DNA of 64,000 bases from Bugula neritina. Taxonomy: Eukaryota; Animalia; Bryozoa. Within the stretch, counting starts at the first letter, position 1, and every line of letters begins with the position of its first letter. Of the stretch, positions 26,801-34,797 are shown piece after piece. The stretch lies in NCBI GenBank assembly GCA_964035545.1, contig OZ037770.1, positions 11,056,463 through 11,120,462 of the forward strand, written 5' to 3'. The notes beneath the pieces are model-generated. The model searched no databases and was not told where the DNA came from. It saw only the letters and a list, made by a program, of their open reading frames with translations. The translations under genes were made by a program, and so were the position numbers.

Positions 26801-29800
26801 CCAGAAGAAGGAGAGGTCTCCCCTATCCCGATGAAGAGACGAACCAGGTCTCCCAGCCCCCCTCTGCGCCGCAGACGGACACCGTCCCCAGACCCTGCTT
26901 GCCTGGCCACAGTGGAGGAACGCCTCCTCCGACTACAAGAAGAATTTACCCAGTTAGCACCGGATCTGCTTAATACTACGACGGGGCTCTTCCAACTAAA
27001 AGGATCAGTAGGCCGGATTAAGCGGAAACTACGTACATGCCAAGCCAAACACCGGCGTGCCCAACATTGACTCTGGTTCTGCTACCCGGAATAATCCACA
27101 ACTTCGTCCTCTTGGGAGACCCAAGAATGTCATGTAAATGCTTGACTGCTCGACAGGCCGACTCCTTGCCCAATACTACAGCTACACAGGATAGTTAAGG
27201 GCATCCTCACTAAGAATATCATAAATTTCTCTCAAAATGTAGTTCAGGTTCTTGAATAATATTGCTCTGCGGGTGGCATGCGTGTTGCCTACTTGTAATT
27301 GTTTAGCCTAAGATTAAACTACAACCAATAAGCAGCAACCTTCATTAGGGCTGCGTAATCTATCAACATTCCATTATGAGTGCTACATAAACAAAGTACA
27401 AAGCGAGCTATTCATTATAGCCTGCCAGCTAGCTAGCCTGTAATTATTATATAGGCGCCAATATCTTCTCATCCCTACGTGCTCAGTAAAGCGTGAAGTG
27501 CTGCGCGCTGCTAGTTTCTTATGAGAAAATATGGCATTTTCAGTGTATAAATCACCAATTTATGAGCAATCTAGCAGAGGTATTGAAAAAAGAAAAAAAG
27601 TTACACTGGAGAAATATCTCAGGATTCCAGCAGTGCAATTTTTATTCAGATATCATGCTTTGCTGCTGAGATATTTTACTGGTACTGAAAAGTCAGCTTT
27701 TCAGGCAAAATTGGCCAAAATTCGGCAGTTTTTTGTCTATAACTTCGCAAAAAAAATGAAAATTGAAATTTCCAAAAAACTTACACTGGAGAAAAAGAAA
27801 ATCTATAACATAGTTTTTAAATTTTGACTCTAGCACAATTAGGTGAGATTTTATTTTACTGGTACTGAATTCTTATATGATTACAATGCAAACCTCAGCA
27901 AGGCAGTTGCAGCTAAAAGGTTGCCCTTAACTATCCTGTGTAGCCGGTATTCCTCCTCTATAGCTGGCCAATTGCATGTAACTTGCTGTTATAATGACTC
28001 TGTCTGTTATTATGTATCTTTATATGTGTTATGTATTATCTTTTGGTCTACTGATGTATGTGGTTAATGATGAACGTTTTTTATATCAGAAAGAGGGCTT
28101 TCTGCTGGTGGGGGCGGTGTGGTGGCTCGTGGAGCTACCAGCAGCACAACAGGCAGGGTCGCGTAATTGACCCGGAACAATGGATAGCCAATTAGCGTGT
28201 TTAATAGTTAGCAGCAATTATAGTTTTCCCGCTGCTAACTCAGTCGAAGTTAGAGTGCTGAATAGTCTAGATGTGTAAATTGTCAGATGTATTTGTATCG
28301 TTTTGTAATGTATCATTGTGTTTAAAATATATACTCGTTCACTCGACTTATCCTGGTGCAGTTCTATAGCAAGTAATTAGACTCTCTGGATTGCATATCA
28401 ACCCTAATTCTGGAAAACATAACATTATTATGCACAAAAGTAGTAAATTAATAAAATAATGTAGTATTTTATAGAGTTACCCCCTTAATACACATTCTTA
28501 TAATTATGCACGTTAAATAGCAATCCCTAGCCCCTTTAATTTAGGTTCAATTTTGCTTAGGCATTGTAAATCGATCTTAACTGAAATTTGGCTTGCCAGC
28601 TAGCCGACATTCCGATTTTCGGACTCCGACATTCCGAATATGGGCACACCAAAACCTATCATTCCGCATTTCGGTTGATTGTCGGTTGAAAGTTGTAGAC
28701 TTCCTTTGTTTGACCAGTATAAAAGAAGGCCCATTTTGAGCTCCTAGTCAGTTGAAGACAGGAGCTCATACTGGAAGGAACCACTCTTACCAATGAAAGC
28801 TTACTTTCCACATACTACAAAAACTCTCTTATCTCTTACCACTTTCAAGGAGTTATGTTCTCTGCCTGATTGCATTCAATAACTCACAAGTTACTACAAT
28901 AACTCTACAAAGAAAGGAATTCACATACACTGGCTTTCCATGTATCGATCTCAGATCGATCTTGCTGAGATCGATCCATGGAAAGACGCCAAAGATCGAT
29001 CTCAGTCGTTCTGAGCTGGTCGGTCTGTAGAGCTCGAACTCAGATCGATCTCAAGGCAATAAGACCATGGAAAGACGAAAGATCGATCTGAGAAGTAGAA
29101 AAAGTCGGTTCGCTAAAATGTCGTCCGCTAATAAAAATTATAATTTATTGTTAATTACTAAGCAAATTACTTAATAATTACTATGGCCACATTTTCAGAT
29201 CCCAAAACTTTGACTTTCAGTACTATGATTAAAAAAACTCAATTATATAAAATTATAGAAGGTAGAAGGTACAAAAAATAGGAGCATTTAAATTGAATTT
29301 AAATGGCTAGTAAAACTTACTTCGATTAGTTATTTGCTGCTATTGCCCGTGATTAATACCAAACAGTTATGTAACATGACAGGTGGTTAAGCTGTTTGGT
29401 CTTTCAATAATTACTCATTAAAATGTTATTGCAACTCAATCATTAGCACAATAATGTTGATCTTTAAACATTCATAAAGATATTGATTTCGAAATATTAG
29501 ATTATTTTTTCATTTAAATTACCTAATAGGTTGATGAAATATATATTGAACATTGTTTTAAAATTTTGCTAGCAAAATAAAGTATACTGTTAAAATGAAT
29601 TAAAAAAAATAATTTTACATAAAAATATAGCTTTTTATTCAAGCTTAACACAGCAAAGTATAGAAATAACTTGTTGAATCATTTAGTTAGACAATGAAAT
29701 GATGTTGAAAATCATTCCTATAGACGAATTTCTAGTAGAATAAACAATAGAAAGATTTTGCATTCAAACTTTGGCAAAGAAACAAGCAAAACATATATTT

Positions 29801-32800
29801 GAAATTATGATCAATTTGTTACAGAAACATGAGGAGATGCATGATGATCACCAAACTCTCACAATACAAGAATATAGAGCTAATGCTAACAAGATGAAAG
29901 TTAGACTCTGTGATAAACATGAAGATCAGCCCTACAGTGTTGGATGTAGAGATTGTCTGAGTCTCTGTTGTGTGAAATGTCTGTCTGCTTTGAAGAACTG
30001 TACCAGCACCAGTGAGTAGATACTATAATTATGTATCAGCATTGGTGATTGTTTAGCAATTATTCACTGACACTAGTTGTTGGTCAAGAATTATGTACCA
30101 ACACATGTGATTTGCTGACAGTTACATACTAACACTAGTGATTGGGTAAAAACTATTTATCAGCACTGGTGATTGGTTCGTTGTTATATTTTATGTGGAG
30201 TGGTTAAAACCTGGTAAATCTACACATAGTTCTAGAATTGTTGAGGTAGTTGCAGTAATGGAAGAATTAAAAAAATAAGCTGGTGCTTTAGACTAGAAAT
30301 GTATCAAAAAAAGTTATGTTCTCTCGAGAATTTCAACCGCGTCCCAAACCAAACTTAGGCTATCTCAATTTCTCCACTACTGCTCCTAAATGGAAATTCA
30401 ATAAAACCATCAATTGATTGAGCAAACCCAGCTTATCATTCGAATATTGTGTTTATTCAATGCATATAGCAATTACAGAATATTAGTTTACTTAATGGTA
30501 TGGGACTCAGATGAACTTGTAGGTGTCAACCACCAGCTGTGCTCTTTGGAAGAACTGACGTCTGAGTTGAAGCAAGACGTTGATGCACTGACTTCTAAAC
30601 TAAACATCAAAGAGGGAGAATGGGCCTCTCTTAGCAAGGCTGCTAGTATGTTGTTATCTGACTTCATTTCAGAGACAGAGAGGTTCGTTGGTTGTCTGCA
30701 TAAGACAAGAGATGAGCAGGTAAATATATATCTCAGGCTGGCAAGCTTCTTTGATTATCAACGTGATATATTAACAATACAATTTATTGTTTTTATTATT
30801 TTTTTGTTTAGATGGTTTAAGAACTCTTATCTACTAAAAACCCGCAAAAGAGTGAAACAATAAAAAGCCTTTATTTGAAAATAGAATAGAGAAAGTTGAA
30901 AAATGACAATAATAACACCTCACGTAGACTGTTGAATAAACCATTGTTTTTGCTGCTCACCTTAACGTAAGAAATAATTTAAATTTAATACCATGTTTAA
31001 TCAAACTTGTTGGTTTATTTTTTTCAAGATTCAAGAACTTACTTTAGGATATAAGAATTTAGAGGCAGAGTTTGTGAAGCAGCGACAGACAATTCAGGCA
31101 AAGATAAGCCAGTTTATAGAAGTAGATGTGAACGAAGAGCGTTTAAATTTTTTCATGCAAAAGTCAAGAATTGCAGCTAAGCTTCGTCAAAGTCATCAAG
31201 TATGTATCTGCTTTTCTAAATGCTGTATAAGTAACAAATACTACCGTAGTTATAGGAGGATCATTCAGTAATTACTGGTTACAATAAATATAAGCGTTAT
31301 AATTATAGGCTTTACTAGTGTTAATCAAACACCATGATGCTTTTTTATCATACTTTTCATTATTTGAGCATTGCTTCAATAAAATTTTCAAAGAAAAAAT
31401 TATTTTATTAAAATGTCTTTTGGTTTTGTTAAACGTTTATTTGTGGGGGAAATTTTCCTTCATATGTGCTTTATCAACACATAGTTCACACTTGATCAAA
31501 ATAAAGCACTATTTGCATTTTATCCTTATGCACTTACTACATATTTTACTAAACTGCTTAGAAATTGTACAGTTTTGTTTTTTAAAAAGGTTGAGATTGT
31601 GAATGACTACAGAGAGACGAAGCAGCATATAAATCACCTTCTTAACAAAGAGACACCTGTACTACAGCTGAGAAAAATACCAGAGCTGAGAACTACAGGT
31701 GAGCAAAATATTAATTTCTGATTCAAAGTGAATAGCTTCATTAACATCTTATTCCGTAAGAAAGTTCCTGATCAAATAGTTAATTTCTCATTGATCAAAC
31801 TTTTCAGGTATTACTAGAAATTTGGAAATGGAAATCACAGATCAAGACACAAAAAATGGTAAATTTTCTTTCCCTTGTCTTTCCATGCAAGTAACTACGT
31901 GTATATATATAAATGTTACAAATTCTGAGTATAACATATACTTATAGAATTACCAGGTTTTTCCTAATGATTATACAAGAATGTTCATAAATATTTTAGA
32001 CTAATCAAAGATATGGGTCATTGTTCATTATTACTGTTTTTATTAGTCATGTTAACTACTGCCCAGCAATGTAAACAATTAAGGTGTTGCGCAATAATTG
32101 CGAAATAACCATGAAAGTTCCAATGTTTTGCTTTGTTTGGGTTTTCTATCTTTGAATAGTATTGGCATGTGGGGAATTTTTTCTACTAGAATTTTCTATA
32201 CTGGAATGCTTGAGAATGTTCTAAAGTTTTTGTTTACTATAAATGCTGAGGCAGTTGTGTTTACTTAAATCAGTTCATTTTCATAAGTTCATCTGTGCAT
32301 ATCTTACTGGAGAAACAAATTCTACTTATATTCACAACTCTATTTACTCTCAACTGGATTAGCAAGCTGTATGCTACCTGTCTATACACTTCTGAATACC
32401 AGACTTTTCGAACTCGTCACACTGCTACCAAAGTTTTGTGACAATAAAAAATACTTGCTAGCTAATTGGTGCATTAGTTAGCATAAGGTTTGTTTAGAAC
32501 CCAAAACATTGTATCACATTGCTAATTTCCAGTTATTTTTATTAAATCAGTTTTTTTTTAAATTTCAGAGTTTTGACATTCGACAAGAATTTTCTGATCA
32601 ACAAATTATTTTATTTTATTTCATAATCATCTGAGCAAATATGAAAATTTAGTCATTATGTTTTTAGCGTGTTGTTTTGATACTAAAACTAAACTTTACA
32701 TTGAAATAAAATCATCAAATTCTGAATAGCCATTAGCTAAAAGCAGATATGAGGATTTCCTGATCTTTTAAAAAAATTGTTTTCAGCAATAACTTTCTTA

Positions 32801-33546
32801 AATGCTGTCGATTCAATGAGAGCTGATATTAAACTAGTGTAAACTTGCTGAGATTTGTAAGTTCTCAGTACCTAACAAAAACTATTGTTAAAACTTTTTC
32901 CGTGCGAAGTTATATAATATTTATTAAAATTTTAGTTGATACTCTTGCCATATCATCTGATAGTGAGGACTTCTCATACTATGAATGTCAAGCCACAGGT
33001 AAAGAACCTGAATTAGAAGGTAGTGACTATGAAGTTGGTGCCTTCAGTCATGCAGAAAGCTTGTCTGGTAGTTATTATATCTATGCTATGTTTTTTATCT
33101 GTGATAAGTAGGCAATTGATCAACTTCCAAAATAATAAAAGTATATCATCATTTGCAATATTTCTATTCAGAATGGTATTGGCTAATTAAGCCTAAAGTT
33201 TCGGCAATTTTCATTGACAGGAGTATTGAGTGTTGAAATACAGTATGTATGATTACAACCATTGAGTAGATTATACAACTTAAGTTTATCCAGTAATAGT
33301 TTGATTGGTGGCTATGGTCATGCAGCATGTAGTTTTTTAGCTGTTCAGTTAATATAATTTCTCAATAAATGTATAGGATTAACACGTTTTATTTGTTTTA
33401 TAGAAGTGACTGGTAAACCTGAAGGCAGAAAGGCAGAGCCAATTGGGTACAGTGGCAAACAGAAAGATCCAAGAGGTGAAACAAGTCAAGAAGGTGTTTC
33501 ACATTCGTTGATGGAAATGTTTTACAGAAATATGAACAAACAATAG
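14819..33546 (+). CDS. TRIM-like E3 ligase copy B (RING, B-box1, B-box2, coiled coil, acidic tail). Exons 14819-14988, 15836-16001, 29825-30011, 30523-30719, 31029-31199, 31590-31698, 31808-31858, 32936-33067, 33404-33546
   Basis: C3HC4 RING CGFC...CSHVHCGPC...CPHC; B-box1 CDLC...CASC...CLSH...H; B-box2 CDKH...CRDC...CVKC...H. All introns GT-AG and phase-compatible. Ends ...[13 protein letters not shown]. Confidence 0.8.
15200..15322 (+). mobile_element. Decayed tRNA-derived SINE-like fragment
   Basis: Shares GTAATGGGTTYGA with 57075-57140(-) and ATTGGTRATGT...ATCYARTCAYAATTGC with 62847-62952(-). Confidence 0.4.
19314..19724. mobile_element. Possible non-autonomous TIR element interrupting the old gag
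   Basis: Imperfect inverted ends AGTTGCTTTTATACCT / AGGTATAAACCCAACT next to TAAA/TTAA; separates two gag segments. Confidence 0.4.
20773..20790 (+). promoter_or_regulatory. Primer-binding site complementary to the tRNA-Leu 3' end
   Basis: TGGTGGCAGCAGTGGGAT, 1 nt after the 5' LTR; one mismatch from the tRNA-Leu-type PBS TGGTGGCAGCGGTGGGAT. Confidence 0.85.
20803..21756 (+). CDS. gag: Gag (317 aa) with CCHC zinc knuckle
   Basis: Open ORF just after the PBS; [14 protein letters not shown] knuckle. Confidence 0.93.
   Translation: METENAGTQPPAVEGERRDNAVETMPVNHVVEERRVPRELTEDRYRLKAPTFTGEEEVEQFSQEFSDVMDVAQWPPRVALLKLRMALMDKAKPYGLGVDINNIFASLRARFGLSATDARARLQRLRRDPRTPLQEHAALIMKLAQIAYSDLPPVNRERYTLDAFIASVDDLGLHHQFLAKGVTTVEDALTEEEAYLLANQMHKSRESSRQVEVDRANTAAGQEEETSATAAVSQLATASKVTQLTDMLAKLIATLTPQTPVSTAAEPVRPPAPPQGETVSFCWECGNQGHFRRYCPFLIPALNYRGPQMFPPPAGRR
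21645..25973 (+). CDS. pol: Pol polyprotein (protease, RT, RNase H, integrase)
   Basis: FLIDSGC protease; YPLPRID, LPFGL, YLDD RT; DTDAS RNase H; HHCC, VDLVGP/SDQG/VERNNR integrase; KFVGPY (GPY/F). Uninterrupted 1442-codon frame. Confidence 0.97.
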   Translation: MLGMRKSRTFPPILSLPNSGVKLPRPADVPTSCGPTMKPPGKKKRRSPRRVPRTGNQQWQQPRGTSKGLRPAATFSVPLHNRFTGLQAQESGWEPTKVAGNLASAPPRPTYHRSKRPPSRPKAREVPPARVRPEGRVQVQPHGNSYFLPGKLEGKAVTFLIDSGCTTNLLSRQLFDTLSARVRGEMESYEGEYGTLADGSCLPFYGIIELTGRVRDQTIQETFIVSQLKEDAILGMPFLKRHGCHIDFSKSAMMMSGRELACVDKFGRPLVGGVQVVRNRTIPGRSRATIHCRVNNSRISGLGVVEGAHEKIQLASSLNQLTEQGEILVQCVNPFTESVKLPAGSMLGRFHSVQEEDVGPSLGDATEAFPRCPTPGRGTVPAHLRELYDTACSGCASNKERQAMAKLLRNYGDVFSSGDHDVGLTGIVRHEIPLTAGTVPVRQPTRRLGPEKEKEVSRQVRDLLDRGLIEPAHSAWSSPVVLVRKKDGSWRFRVDYRKLNSVTIQDAYPLPRIDESLDALAGSKYFSTLDLLSGYWQVPLSPDAQEKAAFITRDGLWKWKVLPFGLTSAPATFQRLMEQVLSGLHWKTLLIYLDDVIVISTDFETHVSRLQEVFERLRGAGLKLKPSKCALLQPEVKYLGHVVGRNGVATDPEKVRAVEDWVTPQDLTGLRAFLGLVGYYRQYIPDFAGIAQPLNRLTAKGVTWQWTPVEQGAFDRLKGCLLTAPILAYPDPTLEYILDTDASDQNVGAVLSQVQEGREVVVAYYSKSLSPTERNYCTTRKELLAVIKSVKHFRPYLYGRKFRLRTDHASLIWLCKRAEPSSQVAWWLEILAEFSYRIEHRPGKRHSNADGLSRRPDGGCKQCLNIERRDGGPPRCELETLAHHRAPFDWDQGQLRQEVDESPEVVQNLRANPVLADNVRELKKLQEKLPGVVADIYRAKREGRRPSEERIRQGCAEFRLYCQRWDSLRIGQDGLLTISLAASGRHPERKRVVCPTAIRRELIWDTHKQAHAGVKRVISKLRLRWYWPQMERDVRLRVKQCEICQASKHSRPPGEAGRRRLYAGRPWQVVAVDLVGPMPLTPRGNSWILVLTDHFTRWADALAIPDASAPTVARALDQHVFCYFGLPEQINSDQGAQFQSQLMSDLCHLWGVNQSRTTPYHPQGNGVVERNNRMLGNALRSLLLGRGQEEWDTVLPQVMRAYRSTPHTSTGETPNLLMLRRETRVPDHLTYHVSEQDNSVHEYASELVERMKAAHDILREQQWKVRHEDSEEPPLYQTGDKVWMVNYRRRRGQADKLKPKFVGPYVIVEAMPNHTYKIERSGQVSIQNESRLKPYWASPDAVGEAPPLLEPRRQTTTRGRRRHGPEYEVVIPREENLVREERQLLPSKCGSCQHHENINFCIGGNRNKIHPPGAQSLNHAPQPRCSIFSYADAVRSRRVSKQ
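21705..21769 (+). promoter_or_regulatory. -1 programmed ribosomal frameshift signal (gag-pol)
   Basis: G_TTA_AAC in the gag frame, 5-nt spacer, perfect 10-bp stem CGGCCCGCAG/CTGCGGGCCG; pol is in the -1 frame. Confidence 0.85.
26216..27070 (+). CDS. Accessory ORF3 of the Gypsy element: C2H2-type zinc finger, second Cys/His cluster, RSPSP basic region, C-terminal heptad helix
   Basis: 284-codon GC-rich ORF between pol and the 3' LTR; CQIC-x12-H-x3-H; CPC...RH...C; strong acceptor TTTTTCAG at 26281-26288; decayed homologue at ~35330-35868(-). Confidence 0.8.
   Translation: MRSCQAIQANNTAVYCINTVETFSDYTRPATTRVRDRALPAPHPEEYANGDRSEPLRRRWRWVSPETEEEIETAWGSRGRTRCQICGEECASHRSLKLHVNAHLLLTFCPCGYNDVYPYPVTRHRATGCFSGENYVVDAKLYPEFLTLIRPLVKKAMLLAVLTSDFQRVLDYARQQSPLVSDRPQIAYTPEEFAYPEEGEVSPIPMKRRTRSPSPPLRRRRTPSPDPACLATVEERLLRLQEEFTQLAPDLLNTTTGLFQLKGSVGRIKRKLRTCQAKHRRAQH
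27185..27940 (+). mobile_element. Non-autonomous TIR DNA transposon (CAC..GTG ends, 2-bp TSD; CMC/EnSpm-like) in the Gypsy 3' UTR
   Basis: TIR CACAGGATAGTTAAGGGCA / TGCCCTTAACTATCCTGTG flanked by TA/TA; related inverted copy at 59655-60209. Confidence 0.85.
28460..28898 (+). mobile_element. Solo LTR (439 bp) inserted in the old element's LTR
   Basis: Ends TGTAGTA...TACTACA; 4-bp TSD ATAA/ATAA; TATAAAAG at ~28718; the old LTR sequence resumes after it. Confidence 0.8.
28932..29130. mobile_element. Fragment of a DNA-transposon end with GATCGATC motifs and a hairpin
   Basis: CTTTCCATG...CATGGAAAG hairpin at 28934-28985; several GATCGATC copies; no partner TIR found. Confidence 0.5.
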
Positions 33547-34080
33547 AATATAATGGTTATAGCTGTGTCAGGGCTACTAGGTTCAGAATTGCTGTACTTG
33601 CATATTAATATAAAATGGTTTGAACAACTATATGCATTAGTAGTAGTAGTAGGATTATAAGAGAAATTTATAGATTATAACTTGTATTACATGTTACTAA
33701 CATATTATTTTATATAAACTTCAATATATCATTTAGTCCATGGCATTATAAATTATATTTTCCTTTTAATTTTAATAAGTTTGAGTGTTAAATGGTAAAA
33801 CATTTGTCATTGATAATTTATATAAAGTTTAAAACTCAACCTCCGAATTGCAAATTGATAAAATTACAACAAAACTTAATCAATATGAATTTGGTTTAAT
33901 ATTAATTAGTTTGTTTTCAATGAAGAGGCATTTGACTTCTAGCAAAATTTTAGAATTTTCTTTTTACTTCTTATTTTTATTAATTTCTGGTTCCTGCAAT
34001 AAAAGTAATCAATTTAAGTCCCTTATAGTTGTTTAAAGAGCACAGTTATTTTATTGTTGATATTCATATGCTTTTTTCTG

Positions 34081-34137
<57 letters not shown>

Positions 34138-34140
34138 AAT

Positions 34141-34185
34141 CTGTGGACAGCAGCTGTTTCGGGATTTGTCCCCTCATCAGCACAG
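34141..34185 (-). ncRNA. Minimal type I hammerhead ribozyme
   Basis: Minus strand: CUGUG-CUGAUGA-GGGGA CAAA UCCC-GAA-ACAGC U GCUGU-C-CACAG. Full core, three stems, GUC cleavage triplet. Confidence 0.85.
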
Positions 34186-34293
34186 AACAGAGTACCATGG
34201 CCCACACCTTCGCAATAGTAAAACTTATAGTTTTACTAAAGCATATTTAAAAGGTGTGTAAACTCAAGCCAGAGTGCTCAAGTGACTCAAGTG

Positions 34294-34436
34294 ACATTTT
34301 ATCTTATGACTGTGTGCTGAGCACACAAAACTAGCAGTAATATTTAGATGTTTCAAATGAAATTTGTATCGTGCAATGCTTTTTATTACTCTACTCTGCC
34401 CTGTATTGAGCCCTTTGTAGTGCTAAACCATAAAAC

Positions 34437-34506
<70 letters not shown>

Positions 34507-34649
34507 GTTTTATGGTTTAGCACTACAAAGGGCTCAATGCAGGGCAGAGCAGAGTGATAAAAAGCATTGCACGATACAAATTTCATTTGAAACATCTAAA
34601 TATTACTGCTAGTTTTGTGTGCTCAGCACACAGTCATCAGATAAAATGT
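34294..34649. repeat. 356-bp near-perfect palindrome centred on (TA)n
   Basis: ~145-bp arms are reverse complements with a few mismatches around (TA)n at 34439-34505. Confidence 0.95.
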
Positions 34650-34657
34650 AATTACAT

Positions 34658-34704
34658 TTTATCTGATGATTGTGTGCTGAGCACATGAAACTAATAGTAA
34701 TAAA
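34658..34704 (+). ncRNA. Second hammerhead-like motif (type I, atypical stem II)
   Basis: UUUAU-CUGAUGA-uuGUGUGC UGA GCACAU-GAA-ACUA A UAGU-A-AUAAA with a GUA triplet; mutated copies lie in both palindrome arms. Confidence 0.6.
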
Positions 34705-34797
34705 CTATTTTAAATCGAATTTTATCATACAGTACTTCTTATTCCAGGTGTAAGATTTCTTTATTGGTATGCTTCCATGAGAATATAATAATATGTA

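Larger units (their letters stand above)
20465..28424 (+). mobile_element. Young full-length Ty3/Gypsy LTR retrotransposon with three ORFs
   Basis: LTRs 20465-20771 and 28118-28424 (307 bp each, TG..CA, one mismatch seen); 4-bp TSD TTAT; PBS; G-rich PPT at 28107-28117; gag, pol (PR-RT-RH-IN order) and ORF3. Confidence 0.97.
16018..28909 (-). mobile_element. Old degenerate Ty3/Gypsy LTR retrotransposon (Mag-like). 3' LTR ~16018-16230; 5' LTR 20301-20464 + 28425-28459 + 28899-28909, split by later insertions
   Basis: Diverged LTR pair; PBS-like TGGTGCC (20294-20300, minus); gag ATG at 20256; double Zn knuckle CGNCGNNH...C/CNHC; protease LDTGA; RT YLRLPF; RNase H IQTDAS; integrase tail LRRN and RRSTR..KPP.W..DYV; many stops and frameshifts. 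Confidence 0.88.

Noticed and set aside
20941-27048. Many short antisense and overlapping ORFs within gag, pol and ORF3
   Set aside because: Expected shadow ORFs of GC-rich coding sequence; no recognisable motifs.
26216-27070. ORF3 as an env gene
   Set aside because: No signal peptide or transmembrane anchor; the content looks nuclear (zinc finger, basic SP repeats).
32010-32443. LTR-like insert in copy B intron 7; similar candidate at ~50205-50567
   Set aside because: TATA-like and TG/CA hints only; no convincing TSD or partner LTR.
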